Below, piece after piece: positions 39,886-50,392 of a DNA stretch of 64,000 nt. Source of the DNA: Pseudomonadales bacterium (GTDB lineage: Bacteria > Pseudomonadota > Gammaproteobacteria > Pseudomonadales > UBA7434); assembly GCA_013043705.1 (NCBI GenBank), contig JABDNS010000108.1:17-64016 (forward strand), in the 5' to 3' direction. The position numbers were made by a program, and so were the translations under genes. A model generated the notes under the pieces. The model had not been told where the DNA came from. It saw only the letters and a program-made list of their open reading frames with translations, and searched no databases. How positions within the stretch are numbered: the first letter of the stretch is position 1; each line of letters starts with the position of its first letter.

Positions 39886-40878
39886 CTAAAGCAACTGCGG
39901 AACCGTACTGCCCATAATAAAAGTTCGAACACTGGCGCCAAATCGCCGCACAAATTCTTCCAGCGGGTTGGGCACCACCGTGTAATCGCGAATCGTTTCC
40001 TGGTCCAGTACGTCCCTGGCCACCTTACCCACGCTACCCAGGCCGTCCACCAGACCCTTGGCGACCGCTTGCTCGCCGGTCCATATCAAGCCGGAGAAAA
40101 TTTCCGGGTCGTCGAGTAAACGATCGCCCCTGCCCTTTTTAACCACTTCGACAAACTGCTTGTGGGTTACCTTCAAAACACTGTTCCAGAATTCGCGATC
40201 GCGCGACTTTTCAGGCGAAAACGGGTCCAGGAAACTTTTACTTTGGCCCGCGGTATATACGCGCCGGTCAACGCCCGCCTTGTCCATCAGTTCGTGAAAG
40301 CCGAAGCCCGCGCTAATAACCCCAATCGATCCCACCAGGCTGGCTTTGTCGGCATAGATCTCATCGGCGGCCGAAGCAATGTAGTATCCGCCAGAAGCGC
40401 CGAGGTCAGAAATAACCGCGTAGATTTTTTTCTCCGGGTGCAGCACGCGCAAACGAAAAATTTCATCGTTGATCAAACCAGACTGCACCGGGCTGCCGCC
40501 TGGCGAATTGATCGACAAAATCACGCCAATGGATTTTTCTGCTTCAAAGGCATTGCGCAAGCCAGTAGCGACTGCATTGGCGTTGGCTGCCGTGTCGGCG
40601 GCGATAATGCCGTCTAGTGAAACCAGTGCAACGTGTTCTTTACCGCTGGGCGCAAGCGACCGCTGGCCTTGCGGGGCTAACATAACAAGGAAAAACAGCA
40701 GGTATAAAAATGTTAATGACTTGAAAAATACACCCCAACGCCGACTTTTGCGTTGTTCGGCAACCGAGGCGAGCGCAACCTTTTCAAGAATGCGCCACTC
40801 CGGACGATTAGCCGTATCCGGCGCCGCTGTGCTGGCGCGCTCTGTGTCACTTTCGTTGAACAAAATTTTTCTCCCCAC
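39886..40878 (-). CDS. sppA: Signal peptide peptidase SppA, 36K type (S49 family)
   Basis: INSPGGSPVQS...ASGGYYIASAADEIYA...GSIGV identifies the family. Confidence 0.88.
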   Translation of the reverse strand: MGRKILFNESDTERASTAAPDTANRPEWRILEKVALASVAEQRKSRRWGVFFKSLTFLYLLFFLVMLAPQGQRSLAPSGKEHVALVSLDGIIAADTAANANAVATGLRNAFEAEKSIGVILSINSPGGSPVQSGLINDEIFRLRVLHPEKKIYAVISDLGASGGYYIASAADEIYADKASLVGSIGVISAGFGFHELMDKAGVDRRVYTAGQSKSFLDPFSPEKSRDREFWNSVLKVTHKQFVEVVKKGRGDRLLDDPEIFSGLIWTGEQAVAKGLVDGLGSVGKVARDVLDQETIRDYTVVPNPLEEFVRRFGASVRTFIMGSTVPQLL

Positions 40879-40960
40879 TTATCGACCCGCCAGCGCAAAA
40901 TGCGCGGGCGGCGACTGTCATATATCCCTTTGAAGGATAGACCAATTGCCCCAGCACACA

Positions 40961-41620
40961 TCAACCAGCCTGATTATGAAGCGCGGGCCAGGCAAGCAAC
41001 TGCGCAGGATTTTCAATTAGCCAATCCGGCGAGAATTGCTCGAGCTCAGACAATTCATGCACCCCATAAGTTGCAGCGACCCGCCGCATGCGCGCCGCTT
41101 GCGCCATTTTCATATCAAAACTTGTGTCGCCAATCATCACCGCAGCTTCCACACTGGTGCCGGTTTGTTCAAGTAATGCATGCAGCATCGCCGGGCTGGG
41201 CTTTGAGGCGGTTTCATCGGCGGTGGCGGTTGCGCAGAACATTGGTCTCAAACCCGATGTATCCAGTGCGCGATCCAGCCCGCGCCGACTCTTGCCGGTG
41301 GCAACAGCAAGGTGATGGCCCTGGTTTAGTAGCTTCTCAAGCACTTGCTCTGCGCCGTGGAACAACCGCAAGCGATGCCCCTCGTTTTCAAGCGCAATAA
41401 AACGCCGGCTATAGGTAGCGCAGAAGTTTTTGACCTGCGTAGCGTCCAGTTCAGGGTGCAAATGCCGTGCGGCGTCCGTCAGGCCCAGGCCAATCAAGCG
41501 CGCACAACTAGCGTGCGTGGGGGTATCCAGGCCCGACTCTGCGCTGGCTTGTTGTAATGCGCTAACGATATGCAACTCGCTGTCGGCGAGTGTGCCGTCC
41601 CAGTCGAATATCAACAGCAT
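40961..41620 (-). CDS. HAD-superfamily hydrolase (phosphoglycolate-phosphatase-like)
   Basis: The HAD motif I is MLLIFDWDGTLADS, followed by the VATGKSR and IGDTSFDM motifs. It sits in the conserved position next to rluC. Confidence 0.8.
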   Translation of the reverse strand: MLLIFDWDGTLADSELHIVSALQQASAESGLDTPTHASCARLIGLGLTDAARHLHPELDATQVKNFCATYSRRFIALENEGHRLRLFHGAEQVLEKLLNQGHHLAVATGKSRRGLDRALDTSGLRPMFCATATADETASKPSPAMLHALLEQTGTSVEAAVMIGDTSFDMKMAQAARMRRVAATYGVHELSELEQFSPDWLIENPAQLLAWPALHNQAG

Positions 41621-41626
41621 CGCGCA

Positions 41627-42574
41627 CTAAGCCTCTTCATCGATCGACACCAACCCCGACCAGGCTGCCGGCAGCGGCGCATGCACCAACCTAAACGATT
41701 CGGTTTCGGGCAAGGTAATAGAGTGCGCATGCAAAAACAGGTGCTTGTAGCCTTCGGCTTTGAGTGGCTGGTCCAGTGTCGCGTCGCCATATTTTGCATC
41801 ACCCACAATCGGGTGTCCGGCGGCCTGGCAATGCACGCGAATCTGGTGAGTGCGTCCGGTAACAGGCTGTACGCGCAGCAAGGTACAGCGCGCTATTTGT
41901 TGTTGCGGTTCAAACAATGTCTCGGAGGGCTTGCCTGCGGCATCAACGCGCACCATGCGCTCACCCGACTGCAAGACATTTTTCAAAAGCGGTGCATTAA
42001 GGCGCGTCAGCGAGGCCGGCCAACGACCATGCACCAACGCCAGGTAATTCTTTTGCAGCTGCTTTTCACGCAGCGCCTGGTGAAAGCGCTTCAACGCAGC
42101 ACGCTTTTTAGCGAGCACAAGCGCACCCGAGGTATCCTTGTCGAGCCTGTGGCAGAGCTCGAGTCGCGCGAGGTCCTCGCGATCCGGCAATTGCCGCAAC
42201 GCCTCAATCACGCCAAGCGATTCGCCGCTACCGCCGTGCACCGCAATTCCTGCCGGCTTGTTAATTACCATCCACTGCGCTGTCTCGTAAACAATGGCTC
42301 GCTCCAGCATCGCCAGTAATTGACTACCGGCGGGCGGTGCGCTGCCCTCGCTGGGCAATTGCACCGGCGGGATGCGCACGCTGTCGCCGGCAGCCACGCG
42401 GTACTCGGGTTTGACCCGGCGTTTGTTTACCCGCACCTCGCCCTTTCGCAGCAAGCGATACAAGCGGGTACGCGGCAGCCCTTTGAGCCGCGCGGCGAGG
42501 AAATTATCAATGCGCTGGCCCTGCTGCTCTTCATCGACCGTCACAAAACGGACCGGATGGTGGATGATGCTCAT
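41627..42574 (-). CDS. rluC: 23S rRNA pseudouridine synthase RluC
   Basis: It has an S4 domain (GQRIDNFLAARL), the catalytic motif HRLDKDTSG and the segment GRTHQIRVH. Confidence 0.9.
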   Translation of the reverse strand: MSIIHHPVRFVTVDEEQQGQRIDNFLAARLKGLPRTRLYRLLRKGEVRVNKRRVKPEYRVAAGDSVRIPPVQLPSEGSAPPAGSQLLAMLERAIVYETAQWMVINKPAGIAVHGGSGESLGVIEALRQLPDREDLARLELCHRLDKDTSGALVLAKKRAALKRFHQALREKQLQKNYLALVHGRWPASLTRLNAPLLKNVLQSGERMVRVDAAGKPSETLFEPQQQIARCTLLRVQPVTGRTHQIRVHCQAAGHPIVGDAKYGDATLDQPLKAEGYKHLFLHAHSITLPETESFRLVHAPLPAAWSGLVSIDEEA

Positions 42575-43710
42575 AAAAACGGCAATCGGGGCTCATAATG
42601 GTCATTGGCCGCATAATTGACCAATAAAGGAAGCCGCATTCTACAGGCTTCGCCGTTGTTCAGGGCGCGACATAGTGGTAACTTAGCGCCCGTTGCCGCC
42701 TAGTTTTAGGCCTTGCTTGCCAACGAGCACGCGCTTCGGCCTGCGGCACTACCAAGACCAAGCCTGTGTAGCCTCTTTGCGCATTTCCCTGCGTTAAATA
42801 AATTGCACTTTTTGTGAGCGACGCGATCAAATAAACGTCATTGCGCCAATGGGATAGGCACTTGTAACGAAACTGGCCGAGCTTTTGCGGCCACTCGTTT
42901 CTATACTGAAGCACTGAAAGCACGCGCTGGCAGCATTGAACGCGCGAAACAAATTTGGGTCGACCCTGAATCCATCAGGCGACAGCGGCAAAAAGCGAGC
43001 GAGATACCTGAGCGTATCCTGCGAGCACCGCACCATGACCGCAACCTTATTAAGAGAGGATTGCATAACCGGCGATCAACCTTGCTGGCGAACCATTCAT
43101 TTTGGTAAACCACGGGCTTGAAGCGCCAACAATTGAACAGCACGTAACCGGACTATCCGGTGCGGCGAAAACCGTAGCGCCCAAACGAGCGGCGTCGAAC
43201 AAGGCTTCGACCTCTGGACTCCAGCGCGATTATTAAACGCAACGGGATTGTGCCCAGGCAACTGGCCTGCTCACACCCAGCCAGCATCTCGATACCGCAT
43301 CGTTTTGCGCACGGTTTTTACAGACAGGATCAAACACGACAGATGACAGGCAGCGTCGTCTACACCGCGAAGTCGGTTCGACGCCCGCGAGACGCGACAA
43401 ACCATAGTCGGCAAGCAATAAAACGGGCCGCTGAAATCAACAAAATCGATTTCAATCCCGCACATAACGCGCTTCCTCGCTAGCTACTCATCTCCCCGGC
43501 CCTTTCTCGAAGTAGGGCCTGCAGGGCACAAGCCCTGGTGTTCACAGGCCTTAAAACGACTAAAAACGTTGTGAGGCCCTAAGTTTGCCGGATTGTTTGC
43601 CGGCAGCTGCAGTAATTCGCGCTAACCTGCCGAAACACTGCGCCCCGCCTGTCTCCGCCCTCTTCCCGGCCGTGCTTACTCGCGCAATATTTGCGCGTGC
43701 AGGAGACAAC

Positions 43711-46700
43711 ATGAAACGCATGCTAATTAACGCCACCCAACCCGAAGAGTTGCGCGTGGCTATGGTCGACGGCCAACGGCTTTACGACCTGGACATTGAA
43801 AACCGAAATCGCGTCCAGAAAAAATCCAGTATCTACAAAGGCAAGATCACCCGCGTAGAACCCAGCCTTGAGGCCGCTTTCGTCGATTTTGGCGCCGAGC
43901 GTCACGGCTTTTTGCCGATGAAGGAAATCGCCAGGCAGTACTTTCACAAGCAACCCGCAGGGGGCGGCGGCCGCGTCAAGATCAAGGACGTGGTGAAAGA
44001 AGGTACCGAAGTGATAGTGCAAGTAGAGAAAGAAGAGCGCGGCACCAAGGGTGCGGCGCTAACTACCTTCATCAGCCTCGCCGGCCGTTACATGGTGCTG
44101 ATGCCGAATAATCCGCGCGCTGGTGGTATCTCCCGGCGCATCGAAGGCGAAGAGCGCGACCAGCTGCGCAAGACCATGGCCCAACTCGACATGCCACAGG
44201 GCGTTGGCGTTATCGTGCGCACCGCCGGCATCGGCAAAAGCGTTGAAGAACTGAGCTGGGATCTCGAATACCTGATGAGTATTTGGGAAGCGATCACCAA
44301 TGCTGCGGAAGGCCAGAAGGCACCGTTTTTAATCTTCCAGGAAAGTAACATTATTGTGCGCGCAATTCGCGATTACGTGCGCAATGACATTGGCGAAGTG
44401 CTGATTGATGGCGCCGACGCCTATTTTGAGGCATCCCAGTTTGTTGAAATGGTAATGCCAAATTACGCCAGCAGGATCAAGCACTACCAGGATGAAATAC
44501 CGCTATTCAATCGCTACCAGGTTGAGAGCCAAATCGAAACAGCCTTCCAGCGCGAAGTGCAGCTGCCCTCTGGCGGCTCTATTGTGATTGACCCAACCGA
44601 AGCCATGGTAGCCATTGATATTAACTCTGCGCGCGCCACCAAAGGCTCGGATATAGAAGATACCGCGCTGCAGACCAACCTTGAAGCGGCCGACGAAATA
44701 ACCAGGCAGTTGCGCTTGCGCGATATTGGCGGCCTGATCGTTATCGACTTTATCGACATGAACCACCAGCGCAACCAGCGTGCGGTAGAAAATCGCATGC
44801 GTGCTGCGCTGGAAGCTGACCGTGCGCGCGTGCAGGTGGGCAAGATCTCACGCTTCGGTTTGCTTGAAATGTCGCGGCAACGCCTGCGGCCTTCGCTCGA
44901 TGAAACCATTGCCTCTATCTGCCCGCGCTGCAGTGGCCAGGGTACCGTGCGCGACACCAAATCACTGGCACTGGTTATCTTGCGCCTGATCCAGGACGAA
45001 TCTCAAAAAGAGCGCAGCGCAGAAATTCGTGCGGTGGTGCCGGTTGAAGTAGCCACCTACCTGCTTAATGAAAAGCGCGGCGCGATTCGCTCTATCGAAA
45101 AAGCCAACGACCTGCATGTGCTGGTGATCCCCAACCCCGCGATGGAGACGCCGCACTACGAAGTAACGCGACTGCGCGAAGGCGATAGCGAAGTTGGCGA
45201 GGCAGCGAGCTTCGACATAACCAATGAGTCTGAAATCGAAGAATCGATCCTCGATGCCCGCGCACAAGAGGTGGTTACCCATCCTGTAGCGGCTGTTAGC
45301 ACCGCTTCGCTGTCACCGAACAAACCAAGGCCAGTAAGCACCGCTGAACCTGCCGCCGTACCGCAGCCGGCGACACAGCCTGCCGAATCCGGCGGTGGCT
45401 TCCTGAAAGGCCTGGTTACACGCCTGTTTGGCAGCGCAGCCAGCGCTGCATCAGCGGCCAGCACGCAAGCCAGTGAGCCACAGGCTCGCAAGAATACCAG
45501 TAGCACCCCGGCCAAACGCGGTAGCGCACAAGGCGCGCGCAACAGAAAACCGGGCGACGGACGCAGGAGCGACGGTCGCGGACGCAACGATTCGCAGCGT
45601 GGCCGCAAGCCGCGTGGTGAAGGGCGCGATGCCAACCGTGAAAAAAATCGCGGCAACCAGCGTGACAATCAACGAGCTAATCAACAAGATAATGCTCGCG
45701 ACAATGTTCGCGAGAACGAAAAAGCGGCGAGCGACAATCAACGCGATAGTCAACGCAGCAACCGCAGTCGCGGTGGTCGCAATCGACGCAACGATAATCG
45801 CCAGGATAATAGGCAAGACAACAGACAAGACAATCGCGAAGTAAAGGTCGCACAAGACAATAACGCCGTTAGTGAGCGCGGCAATAGTGCGCGTAACGAC
45901 AGCAGGCCACCTCACAGCGACTCGCGCAATGCATCACGCAACGAATCGCGCGGCGATGAAAGCCGCCGCAGCAATGCCAACACTCGCGACAACAAAAATC
46001 AGCAAAATACTGATGTAGCGGCAAATGACACGCAGGCGCCGCAAGCAAAAAGTGGCGGCGAAGCGGGTGCCGATGCGCTGCGCAAGCGCCCTGACAACCA
46101 AGGCGGCCGCACCGCACGCGGGCCAAGGCGCCGTGGCGGCAGGCGCAGTGAAGCAGCAACTGCTGCCAGCGCAGCGCCACTTGCTGGCGACCTGAGCAAA
46201 GCCGTAGACCAGGCTTCAGCAAGCGAGCAGCCCAAGCATGCTGCAAGCGCTAGCGCCGCGCCATCGACGGCGAACGAGCCGCCAGCCCAAACATCAAAGG
46301 TGGCAACAGCGGCGCAAACTACGCCCGCGCCCGCTGCCGAGCTTTCGCGCGCAGCAGAATCACAAGCGCCAGCAGAACGCAGTCAAACACCCGTGCAACA
46401 GGACTTGCTTGCAGGCCAGGCAGCGCCACGTGCCGAAGCGCCTAGCATGCCCACTGCAAAATCAACGAGTTCACCAGCACCCGCTTCCGCTTCCTCTTCC
46501 GCAAGCAGCAGTGGCGCGGCTGATAGTGACCGCAGCAGCGCAAGCGCAAAACCGTCGGGTGAACAACGCGCCAACAACGATCCGCGCGCCAAACGCCGCG
46601 AAGTGACCGAGCATCAAATCACAAGTGGAACGCTCGACGTAAAAATGAGCAAACCATTGGTGGCGGATGCCGCCTCAGTAGAAAAACAGGCAGGCCCACG

Positions 46701-46773
46701 CGCGTCTAACGACCCGCGCGCGCGCAAGCAACAAGACCACCCTGCAGAAAGCTCGGAGCGCGAGAACGCGTAG
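43711..46773 (+). CDS. rne: Ribonuclease E
   Basis: [30 protein letters not shown] is the canonical N-terminus, with the S1 domain, the catalytic half and the Zn-link CPRCSG. The C-terminal half is a long low-complexity Arg/Asn/Asp/Gln and Ala/Ser region. The start is trimmed to the ATG at 43711, preceded by AGGAGA. Confidence 0.95.
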   Translation: MKRMLINATQPEELRVAMVDGQRLYDLDIENRNRVQKKSSIYKGKITRVEPSLEAAFVDFGAERHGFLPMKEIARQYFHKQPAGGGGRVKIKDVVKEGTEVIVQVEKEERGTKGAALTTFISLAGRYMVLMPNNPRAGGISRRIEGEERDQLRKTMAQLDMPQGVGVIVRTAGIGKSVEELSWDLEYLMSIWEAITNAAEGQKAPFLIFQESNIIVRAIRDYVRNDIGEVLIDGADAYFEASQFVEMVMPNYASRIKHYQDEIPLFNRYQVESQIETAFQREVQLPSGGSIVIDPTEAMVAIDINSARATKGSDIEDTALQTNLEAADEITRQLRLRDIGGLIVIDFIDMNHQRNQRAVENRMRAALEADRARVQVGKISRFGLLEMSRQRLRPSLDETIASICPRCSGQGTVRDTKSLALVILRLIQDESQKERSAEIRAVVPVEVATYLLNEKRGAIRSIEKANDLHVLVIPNPAMETPHYEVTRLREGDSEVGEAASFDITNESEIEESILDARAQEVVTHPVAAVSTASLSPNKPRPVSTAEPAAVPQPATQPAESGGGFLKGLVTRLFGSAASAASAASTQASEPQARKNTSSTPAKRGSAQGARNRKPGDGRRSDGRGRNDSQRGRKPRGEGRDANREKNRGNQRDNQRANQQDNARDNVRENEKAASDNQRDSQRSNRSRGGRNRRNDNRQDNRQDNRQDNREVKVAQDNNAVSERGNSARNDSRPPHSDSRNASRNESRGDESRRSNANTRDNKNQQNTDVAANDTQAPQAKSGGEAGADALRKRPDNQGGRTARGPRRRGGRRSEAATAASAAPLAGDLSKAVDQASASEQPKHAASASAAPSTANEPPAQTSKVATAAQTTPAPAAELSRAAESQAPAERSQTPVQQDLLAGQAAPRAEAPSMPTAKSTSSPAPASASSSASSSGAADSDRSSASAKPSGEQRANNDPRAKRREVTEHQITSGTLDVKMSKPLVADAASVEKQAGPRASNDPRARKQQDHPAESSERENA

Positions 46774-46810
46774 ATCGTCTACGCTAAAGCCGCAAAGCGA
46801 TATATTTGGC

Positions 46811-46838
46811 TTGTCTCGCGTGTAGCGGCCAGTATACT
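46811..46838 (+). promoter_or_regulatory. Sigma70-type promoter for tRNA-Ser
   Basis: TTGTCT-16 nt-TATACT ends 13 nt before the mature tRNA 5' end. Confidence 0.45.
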
Positions 46839-46851
46839 TCCGCGTTCTTAT

Positions 46852-46939
46852 GGAGGGGTGGCTGAGTGGTCGAAAGCACTGGTCTTGAAAACCAGCGTAC
46901 GGCGACGTACCCAGGGTTCAAATCCCTGCCCCTCCGCCA
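46852..46939 (+). tRNA. tRNA-Ser (anticodon TGA)
   Basis: GGAGGGGTGGCTGAGTGGTCGAAAGCACTGGTCTTGAAAACCAGCGTACGGCGACGTACCCAGGGTTCAAATCCCTGCCCCTCCGCCA has a long variable arm and the anticodon loop CTTGAAA. Confidence 0.92.
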
Positions 46940-46971
46940 ATTGGCTTACCAGCATCGCCAGCGCTGGCAAG

Positions 46972-47007
46972 CAAAAAAAAGCTCTCGATCTCGAGGGCTT
47001 TTTTTTC
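46972..47007 (+). terminator. Bidirectional-looking rho-independent terminator after tRNA-Ser
   Basis: The sequence is AAAAAAAA-GCTCTCGA-TC-TCGAGGGC-TTTTTTTT. Confidence 0.6.
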
Positions 47008-47127
47008 GCCCCTGTTGTCATACTTTGGCCTGCTTGTGGTCGGTCTGTCGTAATCCATTTATGGCTACCGCCGCAAGTGAATCTTGGTTAGCCTATAAGG
47101 GCTCAAACTGATTGGAGCCCGCCAGCC

Positions 47128-47898
47128 ATGCAAAAAAACGAATCCCTGAACGCCGACATTATGGCGAAATTCGCGCCTAATCCGGGTGAACGGCCGCTAT
47201 TGCCACCGCTTACCCCCAAAGCCCAGGTCGCACTGATGTGCCGGATGCTGTGCAATGAGGGCTGGGATGAGCACATCGCCGGGCACATTACTGTGCGCCA
47301 AGCGGATGGCAGCATCCTAACCAATCCCTGGGAGCTGGCCTGGGGAGAATTAAAGGCTAGCGATATAGTAACCATCGATGAAGCCGGCAAAGTACAAGAC
47401 AGCCAGTGGAACGTTACACCGGCGATCGGTTTACACCTGCAAATTCACTCGCTTCGGCCAGAGATAAATGTTGTTGTGCACAACCACCCCAAATGGAGTG
47501 GCCGCTGGGCAAACCTGCAGGAAAGCCCACCTGTGTACGACCAGGCCGGCGCTTACTGCGGCGTTGCGCTGCCGGTTTACAACGAGTACGCCGGCACCTT
47601 TGAAAATGAATCCACCAGCCTTAGCGCCGCCGAAGCGCTGGGTGATTCCAAGTGGGCGCTGCTGGCCAACCACGGCGCATTGGTAGTTGCAGAAAACCTC
47701 AGGCAGGCACACTTGCGCGTGGCCACATTGGAATGGCGCAGCAAGCGCGCGTGGGAAGTGCGCATGGCTGGCGGTGCAGAACCGCTAGCGGATGAAGTAG
47801 TGGAAAATATCAGCTTGCCCGATAAAAACGGCTTTCCGTTTTTGTGGGAAGCCATGGCACGCCGCGAGTTAGATCGCGACTCATCCATTCTTGATTAA
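47128..47898 (+). CDS. Class II aldolase/adducin-domain protein
   Basis: The 256-aa ORF contains GHITVR...LHLQIH...VVHNHP, the metal-binding His pattern of this fold. Confidence 0.8.
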   Translation: MQKNESLNADIMAKFAPNPGERPLLPPLTPKAQVALMCRMLCNEGWDEHIAGHITVRQADGSILTNPWELAWGELKASDIVTIDEAGKVQDSQWNVTPAIGLHLQIHSLRPEINVVVHNHPKWSGRWANLQESPPVYDQAGAYCGVALPVYNEYAGTFENESTSLSAAEALGDSKWALLANHGALVVAENLRQAHLRVATLEWRSKRAWEVRMAGGAEPLADEVVENISLPDKNGFPFLWEAMARRELDRDSSILD

Positions 47899-47925
47899 CC
47901 ATACTCAATAAAACAGGTGCGCACT

Positions 47926-48852
47926 ATGACACTGCAAACCAAGCCCCTAGACAATGTTGGCGTTGAAGTACTGGGGTTCAACATTAACCAGCCCTACACC
48001 GACGCACTTAAAGAAGAACTGCGTACGCTATTCTACGAGCATGGCATCGTGGTCTTCAGAAACCAGGACATCACCCCGGAAAACCAGATTCGCTTCAGCG
48101 CAGTTTTCGGCCCACTGGAAATGCACCCGCTCAAGACAACCACCAACACAGAAAATCCCGAGCTGTTCGAACTGGAAAACGGTGGCGATAAGGACAAGCT
48201 GTATACGGCTTTTTATAAAGGCGAAGAAATTGTTGGTCGCCTGGATTGGCATATGGATTTACATTACACCGCCAAACCCAACCAGGGCGCGGTGCTCACA
48301 GCGGTGGAAGTGCCAGGCGAAGATGGCCTTACCGGCTTTGGCGATCTGGCCAAGGCTTATGATTCGCTAGACAATGAAACTAAAGCATTGCTGGAAAAAA
48401 TTGAAGTGGCTTATGCGTTTTGCATGCAGCGCAGGCACATGCGTTACGTAGACCTCGAAGGCTACGAACCCGGCCCGCATAGCCCATTGAAACCCTCGGA
48501 CGCAAACTTTCCCGATTTCGCCGATGCGGCCTATCCTGCGGTGGTTACCCACCCGATAAGCGGACGCAAAGTACTGGAAATTGTTGAGCAGTTCCTGGAT
48601 CGCATTATTACGCCACACCAGGCCGCCCTTTCTAACGACGAAGCAATTGAATTACTGGAGCGCCTGGTTGCGCACACGCGCAAACCGGAGTTCCACTACT
48701 GGCATGAATGGCTGGAGGGTGACATGGTGCTTTGGGATAACTGGAGGGGCATGCACTGCACAACCGGCACCAAACCCGGCGTGCGCCGGCGTATCAACCG
48801 CACCACCATAATGGGCGATGTAATGTTGGGGCGCGTGATCACAAAAGAGTAG
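47926..48852 (+). CDS. TauD/TfdA-family Fe(II)/2-oxoglutarate dioxygenase
   Basis: It has the WHMD (HxD) motif, a distal His in WDNWRGMH and an Arg in RRINR. The ATG at 47926 is preferred over the GTG at 47917. Confidence 0.8.
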   Translation: MTLQTKPLDNVGVEVLGFNINQPYTDALKEELRTLFYEHGIVVFRNQDITPENQIRFSAVFGPLEMHPLKTTTNTENPELFELENGGDKDKLYTAFYKGEEIVGRLDWHMDLHYTAKPNQGAVLTAVEVPGEDGLTGFGDLAKAYDSLDNETKALLEKIEVAYAFCMQRRHMRYVDLEGYEPGPHSPLKPSDANFPDFADAAYPAVVTHPISGRKVLEIVEQFLDRIITPHQAALSNDEAIELLERLVAHTRKPEFHYWHEWLEGDMVLWDNWRGMHCTTGTKPGVRRRINRTTIMGDVMLGRVITKE

Positions 48853-48897
48853 CGAGTTTACGCCCGCAGCTGCAGTGTGGACTCATAGGCTGCAGTT

Positions 48898-49878
48898 TTA
48901 TTCCGCCGCTTGTTCCAGCTCGCCACTAGTAGGCGCAAGTGATGCGTATTGCACGCAATTACCGCCGCGGCGCTTGGCAGCTAACAAAGCCTGCTCTATC
49001 GCGTCGACAAATTCATGGCTGGCACAGCCTGCCAGATCGGTACGTAAGCCAGCACCCACACTAGCAAACAGCGACACTTCGGCATCTCCCAATGCGTACG
49101 GCTGTGCAATGCGTTGCGTAATTTGGTGAACCTTCTGCTGCAAAATATCCGTACTGCTAATCGATTCGAAAATAACCGCGAAGGTATTCCCGCCCACCCG
49201 CGCAACGGTATCTTGCTTGCGCACACAATCCACAATTCTATAGGCGGTTTCAAGTAATACGGCATTGCCGCTTGTGTATCTGTACTGATGGTTGATTGCC
49301 GCGAAGTCGTCGATATCCAGCAGCAGCAATGCAACGTCGCAGCCATGCCGATCATCCCGCGTTAGCGCCTGCCGCAGGCGATCGCCAAAAGTCGCGATGT
49401 TGGCCAGTGAAGTAACACCATCAATTGAACGATGATCGAATAATTCATCGCTTAACCTGGCAGGGTTCAATGCGCGGCGCAGGGCGCGCGTTAAGGTACG
49501 ATGACTTAACTGGTCCTGGCGTAAATACTCGTGTGCACCGTTTTGCATAACCTCCAACGCAAACGAATAGCTGGTACCGATAGGCAATATTGCAATGATG
49601 GGTAAGTGGCGCTTGCTTTGTTTAACACGCTTCAGGCACTCCAGGCCGATTAACGGCGTGGGCCCAATATCGCAAACCAGAATATCGTACTGGCCACTTT
49701 CCATTTGTTTCACTGCATCTTCAGCACAGGTAACAACGGTGACATCAAAGCTGGCTTCGATAGCCGCATCCAGGTAGTTGCACATTGCATGACGCTGCAA
49801 TGGAAATGCCTCGAAGTAAAGTACACCGAAGCGTGGCGCTTCCGGCAAAGCCAACTCACTACCCTGACCAAAATTCAT
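48898..49878 (-). CDS. Receiver-like domain plus degenerate GGDEF domain protein (GGNTF; RxxD I-site retained)
   Basis: The REC-like N-domain reads ...YDILVCDIG... but lacks the acidic DD pair (LYFEAF). The GGDEF fold (LLLLDIDDFAAINHQY...) has RKQDTVARVGGNTF in place of RxxD-x5-GGDEF. Confidence 0.8.
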   Translation of the reverse strand: MNFGQGSELALPEAPRFGVLYFEAFPLQRHAMCNYLDAAIEASFDVTVVTCAEDAVKQMESGQYDILVCDIGPTPLIGLECLKRVKQSKRHLPIIAILPIGTSYSFALEVMQNGAHEYLRQDQLSHRTLTRALRRALNPARLSDELFDHRSIDGVTSLANIATFGDRLRQALTRDDRHGCDVALLLLDIDDFAAINHQYRYTSGNAVLLETAYRIVDCVRKQDTVARVGGNTFAVIFESISSTDILQQKVHQITQRIAQPYALGDAEVSLFASVGAGLRTDLAGCASHEFVDAIEQALLAAKRRGGNCVQYASLAPTSGELEQAAE

Positions 49879-50392
49879 CCCACACAACCCCCTGTTAAAA
49901 CAACACCGCAGCATGCGGCGAGCGCCACTGCGACACTTGGTAGTGCACCGCTGGCATGCGCAGTAAAAAGCCGCTGCAATACTTTGTAAAAAATTAACGC
50001 TTTCTTAAGTATTAGAAGTGATCAATCGCATCGTCAATTGCGTGGCGAGCGCTTGTAGCCATGCATTCACACCATCTTTGAACATTAATAAAGCAATCCG
50101 CCAAGAGTCGAGCGAGAAATAAGCAAATAAGCGAATTTTAATAACACAAATAGCTTTCAAGAAAACCTAATAAAAGACAACGATATAAAGAAAACCGGAA
50201 GTGCCGCACTTTCCTGCCGATATAAAAATAAACACCAATAGCAGCCCATGCAAAGCGGGCGCAGGCGCACGCTGGCTACACACTATTTGGTCTAAGCTTC
50301 GAAAGATATTTCCCGCAGTAAGTTGGAAAAGCAGGCCGCCAAAATGCAACGCGGGCCAGGCGCACAAATAGTTTAAAACACAGGGTGGAAAT

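Noticed and set aside
39871-39897. A 9-bp tandem repeat (GCAACTAAA x2 plus a partial third copy) overlapping the sppA stop codon.
   Set aside because: The repeat is short and only two full copies are present. The first in-frame TAG already terminates SppA at a normal length. I see no evidence that it is more than a small slippage duplication at a gene end.
45156-46606. Multiple 80-170-aa ORFs on both strands inside the rne C-terminal half.
   Set aside because: These are artefacts of the low-complexity, codon-biased repeat region of RNase E. The rne frame is continuous and ends in a normal stop.
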